From Pristiophorus japonicus (taxonomy: Eukaryota), in NCBI RefSeq assembly GCF_044704955.1, contig NC_091980.1:104408001-104453706 (forward strand): DNA of 45,706 nt. Reading direction: 5' to 3'. The notes beneath the pieces are model-generated. The model did not search any database, was not told where the DNA came from, and worked only from the letters and a program-made list of their open reading frames with translations. Positions 25,575-38,425 of the stretch are shown one piece after another. Numbering within the stretch: the stretch's first letter is position 1; the number at the start of each line of letters is the position of its first letter. A program made the position numbers and the translations under genes.

Positions 25575-27559
25575 CTGAAATGATAAGTCACAGATGAGGC
25601 AAGATGGTCAATAAGCATCACATTGATAAGTTCACTGAATGAATGTCCAACAACATTTTCAAACAGGACTTTGCTACATGCTGGTGATGTGGATAGGTTT
25701 ACTTCCTACTGTTGGCAACTTCAGCCGAAGATCACAAACACTTTCCCCCACCTTCTGAAGACAATGAATCCTCCTTAGGTAGAGGTGCACAGGCAGCAGC
25801 AATGCTCTGCAGTACCTTCTCCTACCCACCCCCACCACACACCACCACCACCCCACCCCCCCCCCCCCAAACCATGCTTGCTTAATTGGATGTTCCAGCA
25901 AGGCTTCGCCATCGAAATCAGGAGCAGAAACTCTGGATTCCATCTCAAGGAATGGAGGCCATTTATAGTACCCCTTTTACTACTCCAGCAAGACTAGTTA
26001 CATTAGTAAAGACCAGGGATTGAATCTGGAACCTTCATGTTTGTATGGCTTCGTACCAAACGATGTATAACATTTAGCCACATCCATTCAGCATAATCGA
26101 CTTTGAAGACAGAAAAATCAGCTTGCTCTTCCTCAAACTACCAAAATGATCAAAATGTGCATCAGTGTTCAAGGCTTCATTAATTTTCCAATTAACTTGA
26201 TTCATAAAGTTCGCTGTTCTAATTAGGAAAGTTAACATTTTAATACAGATAGAACTCTCAGCCTAAACAGTTCAACTTTAGGATTTACTTTTTTGCATGT
26301 GTGAACTACAAGTCCTTTGTCACTAATATCAAGTTTTCCATTCAAGAATGACAAAACTACCACTTTCCCTGAACAGAATATGTAAATTTGTTACTAAAAA
26401 AGTGAATGAAAGGATGGATTGTTGAGAAATGCAGACCAACATGCCAATCATGTAATTTGATGGAAAACTGAAATGACAAGGTCATTTTTCATAGCCTGCC
26501 AACATAAAGAATGAGAAGCAAATGGCACATTATTAAAATCATGTTTATTCCCATAGTGATTAGTTACATGTAGTTGGGTCATTTTCATAGCACAGCTGAA
26601 GCCATTGCAAACTTCGCAACACTTCATGCAGTATTTATTGAGTTCAATTTCACAGCTCATCATGGAGAGATTGGAAGTCCCTGATTCAGAGTTTATAGTC
26701 CAGTATCATCCACTAAGCTCTGTACCCATTCTTTCAACTCAGGAATATACAAAAATGCGTTTTCTGCAGTCAGAAATTCCACTTTACTCCCTCAATTTTC
26801 CTTTACCCAAGGGGGCAAGGACTTTGCAAGGTACAATTTCAGTTTCCCCAGATGGGGTACCCAGTCTACTGAAGGACTGGCCAAAATATTTAATCAGGAT
26901 TCAAAAATAAAAGCTATAAAACAAACAAAATATAGCAACTTTCATAGCTCTGGTTTGCAGACAACCAAGACTATAAACCCACAAATTCTGTATGGAATTA
27001 ATTTGAGTTGTGTTACTCCACAGAAATCAAAACAGCTAAATATCCTTTGCATCATTACCAGGAGGGTGAAGATCAACTTGGACAGATGTGTCTGAAAGCA
27101 GATTGTTGAAAGGTTAAACATTTTGGGGTTACAGCATGACAGAACCAAAATGATTGGGTGGAGTTTGATCGAAATATCTTCAGATAAACAGGTCAAGTAC
27201 ATCTTGACTTACACTGTAGTCACAAGACCAGTTACAATATGGATCATGAAGAAATTAAGAGATGAAATGCAGATACTGGAGTCGTCGAGATCTAAAAAAA
27301 TAGAAATTATGGTACCTTCACCACAAAAGCATTTAAAACTATTAGTTAGAACAGTAACAGAGCCAGGGCTTCAGAATTTGGCCTGGTAGTTACTGGCAGC
27401 TTGAAGCCAAACAGTACGTATTTGGACATTCAATTTCATGAAGCTCACTGGATGTTCTTGGTTCATCACATAATTTAGCTCTGCTTGAAAACTCCTGCAT
27501 ACAAAGGGGTGCTGCCAAGCAATACCATCCAGAGTTATTACTTCAAATTGGGACTCTTG

Positions 27560-28092
27560 GGGCTAGAAATTCAGTTGCGAACACAGTAATTTTTTTGCCA
27601 AAATTAGTTTTTGGCTTTGCTATCAACCTTTAATTTATTTGTGCAGCTGTAAAAATCCACGTTGCACAAGAATGTGCGGTGCAAACCGCAATCCTCAGCA
27701 ACTTTGGTCCAAGGCCAATACCGCTGAGGCACCTTGGGAGGGTGGAAAAATAAAAAATAAATTCATTTACATACTGATCAAATCACTACAAGAGAATTAA
27801 AAATAAAACTTTAACTTACCTTTTTGCAAGTCTTCATACTTACCGCTGCTGGTAGGGCTGCTACGACAGGTTTTTCCCAGTCGGTATCCTGAGCGCAGAA
27901 TATGGGTGCAGAGCACATCAAATTTCTGGTGAAAGTGTTATTTCGACTGTTGCACAACAGCACTTCTCTCCCAGTGGTATGTTGAAAGCACCGTTGCACA
28001 ACGGTCACTGAATTTCCCGCTGACCAGGTTTTTGCCAAAAAGGGTGAAATAGCACCAAAAACCTGGTCACAAAATAGCCAAATTTCTAGCCC
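27560..28092. mobile_element. MITE-like element with 12-bp perfect terminal inverted repeat
   Basis: GGGCTAGAAATT at 27560-27571 and AATTTCTAGCCC at 28081-28092; no coding capacity; no clear target-site duplication. Confidence 0.6.
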
Positions 28093-28419
28093 GTAATATT
28101 TTGGGAACACCAAGTAAATGCTCAGTTCTGTGTAGTCTTTTCAACAAGCTCTTTTGCAGTAGGCTTTTAATAATTATTTCAGCTTTATATTGTTGCCAAC
28201 AGCACATTCTATCCTTCAGTCTGGATGTTAAGAGTAGAGTGCTTAAACACCAACACTATCCACTTCAGTGTGCACAACTCGTCTTGCGGACTTCTACTTC
28301 ACCTCAGATGGGCAAAAATACTATAAAATTCAAGCTAAGGACACTATCGCTTTACATGAAGCCTTTAAAAATGTTAAACCATGGGCAATACTGCTGGAAA
28401 GGAGATACAATAGAAAATT

Positions 28420-29110
28420 AGAATACAAATTATTCAGCCAGCCAGTGGGTGTTTATCCTACACGAGCAGTAGTCCTAACCCCATGTGGCCACTTCTCATA
28501 CCTTTAATTCCAGATTCCCTTAACCATCTTTAACCTATTAAAAGTTGGTATGGTTTCTAGTCACCAACAGTAGTATATTTTACAGTCTCACAACCTAGTA
28601 TAACAAAAAAGTCTCATACCCTGTCCCAAATGTATAATCATATGGATTGTGTGTTACATCCATGTCTCCTTAGTCTATATCCCTCAATCACTGGAAATTG
28701 TTTCTATCTATACCGTCGCATTGCTTCATAATTTTAAACCCCTTTAATCTCTGTTGCAATGAAAATACCCCAAATTTCATGCCTTTCTTCATTTCTTTAT
28801 TACCTTATAACAGGTCACACACCAGTGAATCTGTACTGTAAACTTTTCCATTGCTTCAACATACTTCCTATAGCAGGGACCCCAAAACTGCAGTATTCAA
28901 ACAGTGGTCTTAGAGGCTTTATATGGAGACTTGCTGTGAGAACCAAGACACGTGGTATGAAAGGAATTATAGCAGCATGGATAGAGAGAAGTAAAAGGAA
29001 TGTTTCCAGATTGGTTAGGCCCCAGGGTTCTGTGCCAAGACCTATATACAAAATGATTTAGGCATAGGTAAAAGAACAAAGTTTGTTGAGGAAACCAGAT
29101 CAAAGATATG
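28420..29110. mobile_element. Old CR1 fragments in opposite orientations
   Basis: Minus LRPLFEYCSFG; plus AAWIE...VRPQGSVPRP. Confidence 0.55.
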
Positions 29111-30232
29111 GCAAACTGAAGATAGTTATCTTTCTTTAATTGAAATACTGTGGAAAAGCATGGTTTGTTAAAACTGAGTCAAGGATGTAATTTTGTGAAT
29201 ATGATACTAAAAGCACAGACAGCTAAAAGTATGATATTAACTCAACAGAAACTCATTTATCACATGTCCTCTGCATGGGAAGAAGAACTACACAAGTATT
29301 CTGCCAGCCTTTGGGCACAAGCATTTCCCCAATCTAGGAATATCTGCAGAACTATTTGAAGACTAGTTACACCTTTCAGCTTGTACAACACCTCTAGGAG
29401 TGCAGTTTCCAGTGAAAGTTAAACTGGAAAATGTAAATAAACTCGATGAGCAATGTTACTAAAAATTGTGTTATGAAAAATTCCCCATCTTGGAAAGTAT
29501 TATTTTCCAGGACTTACCATAACATTTGGCGTTTAATCCATGCACAATATTTTTATTAAATGGACATGTGCACTTGGACAAGATTGTACATCATTGAACT
29601 TTTGATTACAAACAAATGTGATGAATCATTTATGAAGTTTGTACATTAGAATTAGAAAAGGTATATAAAAAGTCCACATTCAATCCCTAGTCCATACTAA
29701 GCTAGCTGATTTTAACCAGACTAGCAGGAGATGTTGCAACTGACCTCAACACAGAGCTTAGAAGAGGAGGTTAGCAAGGGACTGTGCTATTGATGATTCA
29801 ATGACTTCTTAAATGGACATGTACTTTGTAGAACAGATTAAGTTTGACAGTAAATTAGCTCCAACACATCTAGTCTCATCTGAACAGCAGCCCACTTGTG
29901 CACAGGGGTGGTGGGGGGGGGAGAAGGGAGGAGGCAGTATAGTCAGAAAAGACATGGAACCAGGTCTTAAATGAGTTCCCCTTTGAGGGAAGGAACCAAC
30001 ATTTGGCTGCATTGAAAGAATCTAACAGTTACTAAATTAATTACATTAAAAAGCTGGCTGTGCAACTATTATTGATCAGCTCAACAGTGTGCAAATCTAA
30101 AGTGCAGACTACATAAAACACTAAGTTTCAAAGCAATACCATTAACTCAGATTTCAAACAGCAAAATGAAGTTCTAAAATGTCATAGCACTAATGTATAA
30201 TTATAAAAAAGAGAAATAAGTAGCCAACATAC

Positions 30233-30286
30233 ACGTAGCCTATCACATCAGCGAAGGACTGTTTGTAGAAAGCTTCGTCAGCGATC
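30233..30286 (-). CDS. CLTB: Clathrin light chain, 54-nt alternatively spliced (neuron-type) exon
   Basis: CTAG|GATCGCTGAC...GGCTACGT|GTATGT encodes (R)IADEAFYKQSFADVIGYV, the 18-aa brain insert of clathrin light chains; phase 2-2, frame-neutral. Confidence 0.9.
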
Positions 30287-30859
30287 CTAGTGCGCATGCA
30301 TGTTAGTCCAGAAAGAGTGAACCAGCGGACCAACAGGAAAGGAGCACAGAAGTTGCAACAGGTGGGTAGAGAAAGGATAAAGAAAAAAAAGAGGAAGGAC
30401 AGTGTTAATATTTTTAGTAAAAAAAGTTGAGTATCTGCAGTAGAAAGTATTTCACCTTTGCCTGGAATAAAACTAAGAAAGTAGTTAGATGTTGAAATAA
30501 ACTTTTATTGGAAATCTGCAGTTGAAAATAAGAGTATTGTTACAGCAACATCGATACTTCACTAGCCCTAAACAAAACCATTTTACAACAGTCACTAAAG
30601 CATTTATGGACTCCATTTTCAATGAATCCACTGTCATTGCATGCAGTTCTAGAAATGATCAGCTGCATACAAGTACTTAGAAAACATTCACATCAGAAAA
30701 TTAGTTTAAGCATGCTTACATTAATAATTTTTACAAAATGGTCAAATCACAAATTAAAAAGCATGTTGTCTGAATATTACAATTTTTGCCAAAATATTAC
30801 GAGTATGCACAAATATTTCAAGTAAAACTCCATTTCAAAACCACAAGCCTTTCTGCAAA

Positions 30860-31470
30860 TTATAGAACCACACAGCACAGGAGGCCATTTGGCCTCTAGT
30901 GTCAGCACTTTGACAGATGTATCCAATTAATCCTACCCCCCTGCTCTTCCTCCAAGGCCCTGCAATTCTCTCTTTAAATACATATCCTGTTCCCTTTTGA
31001 AAGCTACTATCGAATCAGCTTCCACCACCTTCAGTGCATTCCAGATCACAACTTGCTGCATTAAAACTTGTAATCTCCCCTCTGGTTCTTTGCCAATCAT
31101 CTCAAATCTGCATCCTCGGTTTACCAACCCTCAAACATTTTTTTTTAAAAACACCTGAAATCTCCCTTTAACCTTCACTGCTTCCAAGGAAGAACAATCC
31201 TAGCATCCCTAGTCTCCACAAAACTGAAGTCCATTAGCCCAGGTACTATAAGTAAATCTCCTTTGAATCCTCTCCATCCTTCCTAAAGTGTGGTGCCCTG
31301 TATTGGAGAACACACCAGCTGAGGCCCAACCAGTGATTTATAAAGATTCAACATAACTTCTTTACTTTTGTATGCTATACCACGATTTATGAAGCCAAGG
31401 ACCCCATGCTTTAACAGTCTGCCACCTTCAAAGATGATGTGTATGTGTCCTGCCACCTTCAAAGATGTGC
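30860..31470 (-). mobile_element. Degenerate CR1 3' fragment
   Basis: Minus ORFs contain VIWNALKVVEADSI.AFKRE and VLGFINRGIAYKSKEVMLNLYKSLVGPQL. Confidence 0.75.
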
Positions 31471-32941
31471 ATCTTGTTCTGCAAATATCCATAAATGGAA
31501 AAAAAAAGTTCTCCAAATGTTCAGTTAGTATATAAGGGTATAAAACTGGTTTGCTGAGCTCAGAACACATCTACAAAGGTCCACTGTGTTGTGAAAAGAT
31601 CCAATTGCTGAATGTCATAGTATTGGTTTGATCCTGTGTAGCTAATGTTGAAGTACCTGCAATGCACCAATTTTTTTAATCGTTTTATTCTACTGTTGCA
31701 GTAATTTAATCTTTGACTGGAAGAATTCAATTAGGAACATTCAGCCTACAGACTGGCGAAGGTACAGTCGTATCACCAGCACAAAGCAAGATTTTAAAAC
31801 CTACATGGAATTGGTGTAGCCGTTCCCCTCAGTAACTCCTGTCTGCATTTTTAGGATTGAATTCTCTTCCCACTAGAAGAGATGCTTGACCATCACATGG
31901 CAAACAGGAGAAATATGTTGAAGGGTTTAAAAACTTAATTCATGAAAATTGCTAAAATTTAAAAAAAGTGACTAAAAACAAAACATTGAAACTGGAAAAG
32001 TTACTCATTAGTGTTTTTAAAAATAAAAAAAAGTGCTTCTCTTCCAGACTCTCAAGGATAGCTAGATGCTCTGGGGCAGGCAAGATAGAGGGAAGAGGAA
32101 GGAAGAATGAGCCAAGCAGCATTAGTATTTTTCTTAACAGTAATTTTTGCAACAACATCCCTCAACATAGAGAACCACCACACTAACCATCAGAACCCAA
32201 GATCAAACAAGCTGCTTTACCCCCCCACCCCCAAGCTCAATCACTCCAAGTACAGTTGTGCCAAGCCTCATCATGTCAACATATTCCTCTTGAACATACA
32301 CCTGTCATGTATGCAAATGAACACCTTCACAAAAATTATACACCCACATCTATACAATGTCCTCAATATGCCAATGTACCCTTATACAATGGCTTCATAA
32401 AATGAATGCAAAGCTACAAGTCTAATAGTTTCATGAAATACACTTACATTTGTATGCTCATGAGGGACTGTGAACAGGAAAGCAATTTTTTTAAGTTATA
32501 AACTTCCACTTTAATACAGCCTGTAATACTCTAGATTTGGAATTACTTGAAGTATTAATCAGATATCCAACATTATTTTTGGTTAGTTCAAATTATTGCT
32601 ATAATAAATCACAAACTTGAAAACAAATCCACTCAATTAAGTTTAAAACACATTGTAGCTATAACTGGCTTAGCAAGAATGAAAATTTGATTCTGCAGTT
32701 ATTCACAAGTTTAGTGAAACGATACAGAATAGTTTGAGACCCAAATGTATACTCGATGGGCAAGGCAATTTAAGTTTCTAATGTTTTACAGGCTACTTTT
32801 AATTGAAGGCAACAACTTTCTAATTTTGAAGTCAGCGTATTCTGCAGCCTTTTATAATTGCAGCACCAGGTTTAGGATTAGGTATTTTCTACAGCCATAT
32901 GGATTTTTAAATTTAAATAAAGCAAATATTTTTAGCCATAC

Positions 32942-33053
32942 CTGTTATTCTTCTTGATTTTCTCCAACTGCTCATTCTGTCGAACATACCACTCTTCCAG
33001 TTCCTTTTTTGCCTTCTCTTTCCATTCCATTTCGGCTTTTCGAGAAGCAGCAT
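32942..33053 (-). CDS. CLTB: Clathrin light chain, exon 4 (heavy-chain-binding helix)
   Basis: CCTTAG|...|GTATGG; 112 nt; (D)AASRKAEMEWKEKAKKELEEWYVRQNEQLEKIKKNN(R). Confidence 0.92.
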
Positions 33054-33166
33054 CTAAGGAGAGGAAAAACAATTCTATAGCTGTAGGACAGCAAGAAAGT
33101 ACTCAACTTTTACTTGTCTAATGTTGATTTACAAGTTCGACAACCAACAGCTGGCTGTATTTCAAA

Positions 33167-34897
33167 CATAAGAAATAGGAACAGGAGTAGGCCATGCAGC
33201 CCCTTGCGCCTGCTCTGCCATTCAAGATCATGGCTGATCTGATCATGGACTCAGCTCCACTTCCCCGTCCGCTCCCCATAACCCCTTATCGTTTAAGAAA
33301 TTGAATAAATTTAAGATAGAAATAGACAATGTCCCAGCTTCCATAGCTCAGACAGCAAATTCCACAGATTCACAACCCTCAAGAAATTTCTCATCTGTTT
33401 TAAATGGGTGGCCCTTATTCTAAGATCATGCCCCCTCATTCTAGTCTCCCCTATGAGCAGAAACATCCTCTCGGCATCCATCTGGTCAAGCCCCCTCAAT
33501 CTTATACGTTTTGATAAGGTCACCTCTCATTCTTCTGAATTCCAATGAGTAGAGGCCCAACCTACTCAACTTTTCCTCAAATCAATCCCCTCATCCCCAG
33601 AATCAACCTAGTGAACTTTCTCTGAACTGCCTCCAAAAGCAAGTATATCCTTTCATAAATATGGAAAGCAAAACTGCACTCGGTATTCCAGGTGTGGCCT
33701 CACCAATACCTTACACAGCTGTAGCAAGACTTCCCTGCTTTTATACTCCATCCCCTTTGCAATAAAGGCCAAGATACCATTGGCCTTCTTGATCACCTGT
33801 TGTGCATGAAACAAGGATACATAGAAACATAGAAAATAGGTGCAGGAGTAGGCCATTCGGCCCTTCTAGCCTGCACCGCCATTCAATGAGTTCATGGCTG
33901 AACATTCAACTTCAGTACCCCATTCCTGCTTTCTCGCCATACCCCTTGATCCCCCTAGCAGTAAGGACCTCATCTAACTCCTTTTTGAATATATTTAGTG
34001 AATTGGCCTCAACAACTTTCTGTGGTAGAGAATTCCACAGGTTCACCACTCTCTGGGTGAAGAAGTTCCTCCGCATCTCGGTCCTAAATGGCTTACCCCT
34101 TATCCTTAGACTGTGACCCCTGGTTCTGGACTTCCCCAACATTGGGAACATTCTTCCTGCATCTAACCTGTCTAACCCCGTCAGAATTTTATATGTTTCT
34201 ATGAGGTCCCCTCTCATTCTTCTGAACTCCAGTGAATACAAGCCCAGTTGATCCAGTCTTTCTTGATAGGTCAGTCCCGCCATCCCGGGAATCAGTCTGG
34301 TGAACCTTCGCTGCACTCCCTCAATAGCAAGAATGTCCTTCCTCAGGTTAGGAGACCAAAACTGTACACAATACTCCAGGTGTGGCCTCACCAATGCCCT
34401 GTACAACTGTAGCAACACCTCCCTGCCCCTGTACTCAAATCCCCTTGCTATGAAGGCCAACATGCCATTTGCTTTCTTAACCGCCTGCTGCACCTGCATG
34501 CCAACCTTCAATGACTGATGTACCATGACACCCAGGTCTCTTTGCACCTCCCCTTTTCCTAATCTGTCACCATTCAGATAATACTATGCAGGTACAAGTA
34601 CTCCCAGGTCCTGCTGTACTGCAGCACCTTGCAATCTTTCTCCGTTTAAATAATGACTTGCTCTTTGATTTTTTTTCTGCCAAAGTGCATGACCTCACAC
34701 TTTCCAACATTATACTCCATCTGCCAAATTTTTGCCCACTCACTTAGCCTGTCTATGTCCTTTTGCAGATTTTATGTCCTCCTCATACATTGCTTTTCAT
34801 CCCATCTTTGGATCGTCAGCAAACTTGGCTACGTTACACTTAGTCCCTTCTTCCAAGTCAGTAATAGATTGTAAATAGTAGGGGTCCCAGCACTGAC
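33167..34897 (-). mobile_element. CR1 family A 3' fragment hosting a nested family B copy
   Basis: Tail CATAAGAAATAGG at ~33167; KKANGILAFIAKGMEYKSREVLLQL; family A sequence resumes at ~34584. Confidence 0.88.
33820..34583 (-). mobile_element. Young CR1 family B copy, 5'-truncated
   Basis: Uninterrupted 211-aa ORF 33912-34547 (ORF2 C-terminus); (CATAGAAA)2 tail. Confidence 0.92.
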
Positions 34898-35324
34898 CCA
34901 CTTCTTAACACTCGATTCCCAGTTTCTTCCCATTTCTTGGTCCAAAGTTGATAAATTCATATGCTTTATTCTCAGTTGTCTTCAAGAGTCTACTTGATAT
35001 GAACAATGACCTGCACAAGATATAGACCAAGTGCCATGGAATGCAAAACAAACTAGGCCCACTTCCATAAAGATGGCACAAGTGCATAATGGGACAATAG
35101 TTTACGTAAATAAGCTACTAATAACCTACTTGCGTCTGCAATACAAGTTACACATCTACAAGCTTCTGTATGAAACACCAGTAAAATATGAATTTAAAAC
35201 AAACTTTTTTTTTATAAATGAGACTACTCAAAGACCAAATCATTTTTAATCACATTCAGATTCTGGCAGAAGCTTCAGAACCATGGCATAAACTAATTAT
35301 ATTCTAGTCAGACAAGTCCCCCAT

Positions 35325-35718
35325 GACCTGATTGCAGCCACTTTTATGAAGACTGTAGGATCTAAAGCAGAGATACTGGATGCATTGGTTTCCATATTTA
35401 CAAAAGGATATACTTGCTTTGGGGGCAGTTCAGAGAAGGTTCACTAGGTTGATTCCAGAGATGAGGTGATTGACTTATGGAGGAAAGGTAGTGTCAGTTG
35501 GGCCTCTACTCATTGGAATTCAGATGAATGAGGTGATCTTATCAAAACATAAAATAATGAGGGGGCTTGACAAGATGGATGCAGAGAGGATATCTCCACT
35601 GGTGGGGGAAGACTAGAACCAGAGTGCATGATCTTCAAATAATGGGCCTCCCATTTAAAACAGTAGAAGAGGAATTTCTTCCGAGGGTTGTAAATCTGTG
35701 GCAGCTGGGTCATTGAAT

Positions 35719-35798
<80 letters not shown>

Positions 35799-37350
35799 AG
35801 AGAGAGAGATTATGGGGAGTGGACAGGGAAGTGGACCCGAGTCCATGATTGGATTAGCCATGATCGTATTAAATGGCAGAGCAGGCTCGAGGGACCGTAT
35901 GGCCTATTCCTGCTCCTATTTATGTAATCTACCAAAATTCCCTGGATTCTGGGGCAGTCCCAGCATATTGGAAAATCACAAATGTAACACCCCTAATTTA
36001 AAAAAGGAGGCAGATAAAAACCAGGCAACTATAGACCAGTTAGCCCAACATTGGTCATTAGGAAAATGCTGGAGTCCATTATTAAGGAAGCAGTAACAGG
36101 ACATTTGGAAAAACATCAAGCAAGCAGAGTCAGCAAGATTTTATGAAAAGGAAATCATGTTGAACAAATTTGCTGGAGTTCTTGGAGGATGTACCGAGCA
36201 AGGTGGATAAAGGGAAAACTAGTGAATGTGGTGTATTTGGATTTCCAGAAGGCATTCAATAAGGTGCCACATAGTAGGTTACTGCACAAGATAAAAGTTC
36301 ACAGGGTTGGGGATAATATATTCACATGGATCGAGGATTGGCTAACAGAAAACAGAGTCAGGATAAATGGGTAATTTTCCCAGTTGGTAAACAGTGAATA
36401 GTGGGATGCCACACAGATTGGTGCTGGGTCCTCAACTATTTACAATCTATATTAATGACTTGGATGAAGGGATCGAGTGTAATTTAGCCAAGTTTGCTGA
36501 TGATACAAAGATGGGTGGGAAAGCAAATTGTGGAGGGGACAAAATCTGCAAAGGGATAGAGACAGGTTACGAGAGTGGGCAAAAGTTTGGCAGATGGAGT
36601 ATAATGTGGGAAAATGTGAGGTTATCCACTTTGGCAGAAAAAGCACAAATAATTTCGAGGAGAAAAATTGCAAAGTGCTGCAGTAGAGGGACCTGGGGAT
36701 CCTTGTGCATGAAACACAAAGTTAGTATGCAGGTACAGCAAGAATTCTGGAAGGCAAATGGAATGTTAGCCTTTATTGTAAGAGGGGAGGGGAGGGGGGG
36801 GGGGGGGGGGGGGGGGGGGAAAAGAGTATAAAAGCAGAAAAATCCTGCTACAGCTGTACAGGGTATTGGTGAGGCCACACCTAGAGTACTGCATACAGTT
36901 TTGGTCTTTGTATTTAAGGATATACACTTGCATCAGTTCACTGGGTTGAGTAGGTTGACTCGAGGATTGGTTGGGAATGAAGAATGAGGTGTGATCTTAT
37001 CAAAACATACATGAGGGGGCTCGACAAGGTGGATGCAGAGGATATTCTCACTCAGGGGAAACTAAAACTAGGGGACATAGAATTAAGGGGCAGCCCATTT
37101 AAAATGGAAGATAAGAAGGAATTTCTTCTGAGGGTTGTAAATCTATGGAATTCTCTGCCCCAGAGAGCTGTGGAGGATGGTCATTGAATATATTTAAGGC
37201 AGAGAAACAGATTTGAGCGATAAGGGAATAAAGGGTTATGGGAGCGGGCAGGCAAGTGGAGCAGAGTCTATGATCAGATCAGCCATGATCTTATTAAATG
37301 GTGGAGCAGGCTTGAGGGGCCAGGTAGCCTACTCCTGCTCCTATTTCTTA
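35325..37350 (+). mobile_element. Two tandem CR1 family A fragments (~35325-35922 and ~35925-37350)
   Basis: VYLDFQKAFNKVPH, LFTIYINDLDEGIECNLAKFADDTK and RVVNLWNSLP; two 3' ends at ~35920 and ~37350. Confidence 0.85.
35726..35808 (+). repeat. (GA)n microsatellite
   Basis: About 33 perfect GA units plus a short continuation, inside a CR1 3' end. Confidence 0.95.
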
Positions 37351-37365
37351 GTTTTAATAAGCCAA

Positions 37366-37518
37366 TTGTCCATCATAAAGCCTTTTCCTTCCCTCCCACC
37401 CCCTGGTTACTTTAATTTTTTGCACTAGCCAGCTGTTAGAAGGTGCACCAAATGAGGATGTGTCAGCTTCTATGTCTTTCTCTGAAGACCAAGTAATTCC
37501 CACAGCCTGACACATTGT
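37366..37518. repeat. 153-bp direct repeat, copy 1
   Basis: TTGTCCATCATAAAGCC...CACATTGT, repeated at 38834-38987. Confidence 0.9.
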
Positions 37519-38307
37519 CCTACAATTCTTTAAAGGAGCTTATTTTTGCAGGATGTTCTAGTAGGTAAATTAAATTGGACATTGATTTTAGGAAATGGAG
37601 GTGGCCAAATACAACTAATTCACAATGGTGCAGATTTTGTGATCAGCGGCGAAGGGATGGTGCTCACCCCTCACCTTGAAAAAAGCTGCCCATAAATATT
37701 TAGTGGGCTCTAAAGCATTGATTTCCCCTATTCTGATGTGACTTTTCAATCAGGCTCCATCTACCAGGTGATCTGTGGCGTCCAGAAGCAGGGGCGCCAT
37801 CAACCAGACCAATCAAATTGAAGAATTCTCAGACATCAAACCAGGAAGTAAAAAGCAGAGATTACAATTCGCTTTTTAAAATCATTTAATAGAAAGCGAA
37901 ATAAAGATCAGACATACACATGGAATTAAGATAGCAACAACAAACTTCGTTATTTTAAAAATCATCCAAATTTGAAATATTAGTGAGGGAATGACCACAT
38001 ACACAAAAATTAGTTTTTCTAGGCCAGAGGTTGTTGAGCAGTAATTATGACTTAGTATGCTATTAAAAACTCAGTTACACCTCATTCAACAAGGCTTAAC
38101 ATTTTCAATGGTTTTCACAGCAAATTTACAACAATTTACCTCTTTTCCATGGGGTATATTTGAATTCAAAACAAGTAATGTTTGCATTTCAAATTTCTCC
38201 ACCTTAAAACAGAAATTACAGGTGGAGACCAAATTTTCTTTCCATGCTATTGGTTACAAAGACAAGATAGTTTAAGTAATTGTGCAACTTTGTACACAAG
38301 TTCTTAC

Positions 38308-38425
38308 CAAGATCTTCTAGACGGGTTATCTGCTCTTCTCTCCACTTTCGAATGCTCTCAGGTTCCTGGCTCAAGCGGTCCGCTCGAGCTATTGCTGCAT
38401 AACTGTCATTTGGGCCATTTGACTC
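38308..38425 (-). CDS. CLTB: Clathrin light chain, exon 3
   Basis: TACAG|...|GTAAGA; 118 nt; ESNGPNDSYAAIARADRLSQEPESIRKWREEQITRLEDL. Confidence 0.93.

Noticed and set aside
35655-36096. ERERER and SLSLSL ORFs
   Set aside because: Translation of the (GA)n microsatellite within a CR1.
36784-36818. Poly-G runs (also ~24232-24249 and the C-rich tract ~25825-25868) as functional G-quadruplexes
   Set aside because: Simple homopolymer expansions, mostly within repeats, and error-prone in assemblies; no supporting evidence.
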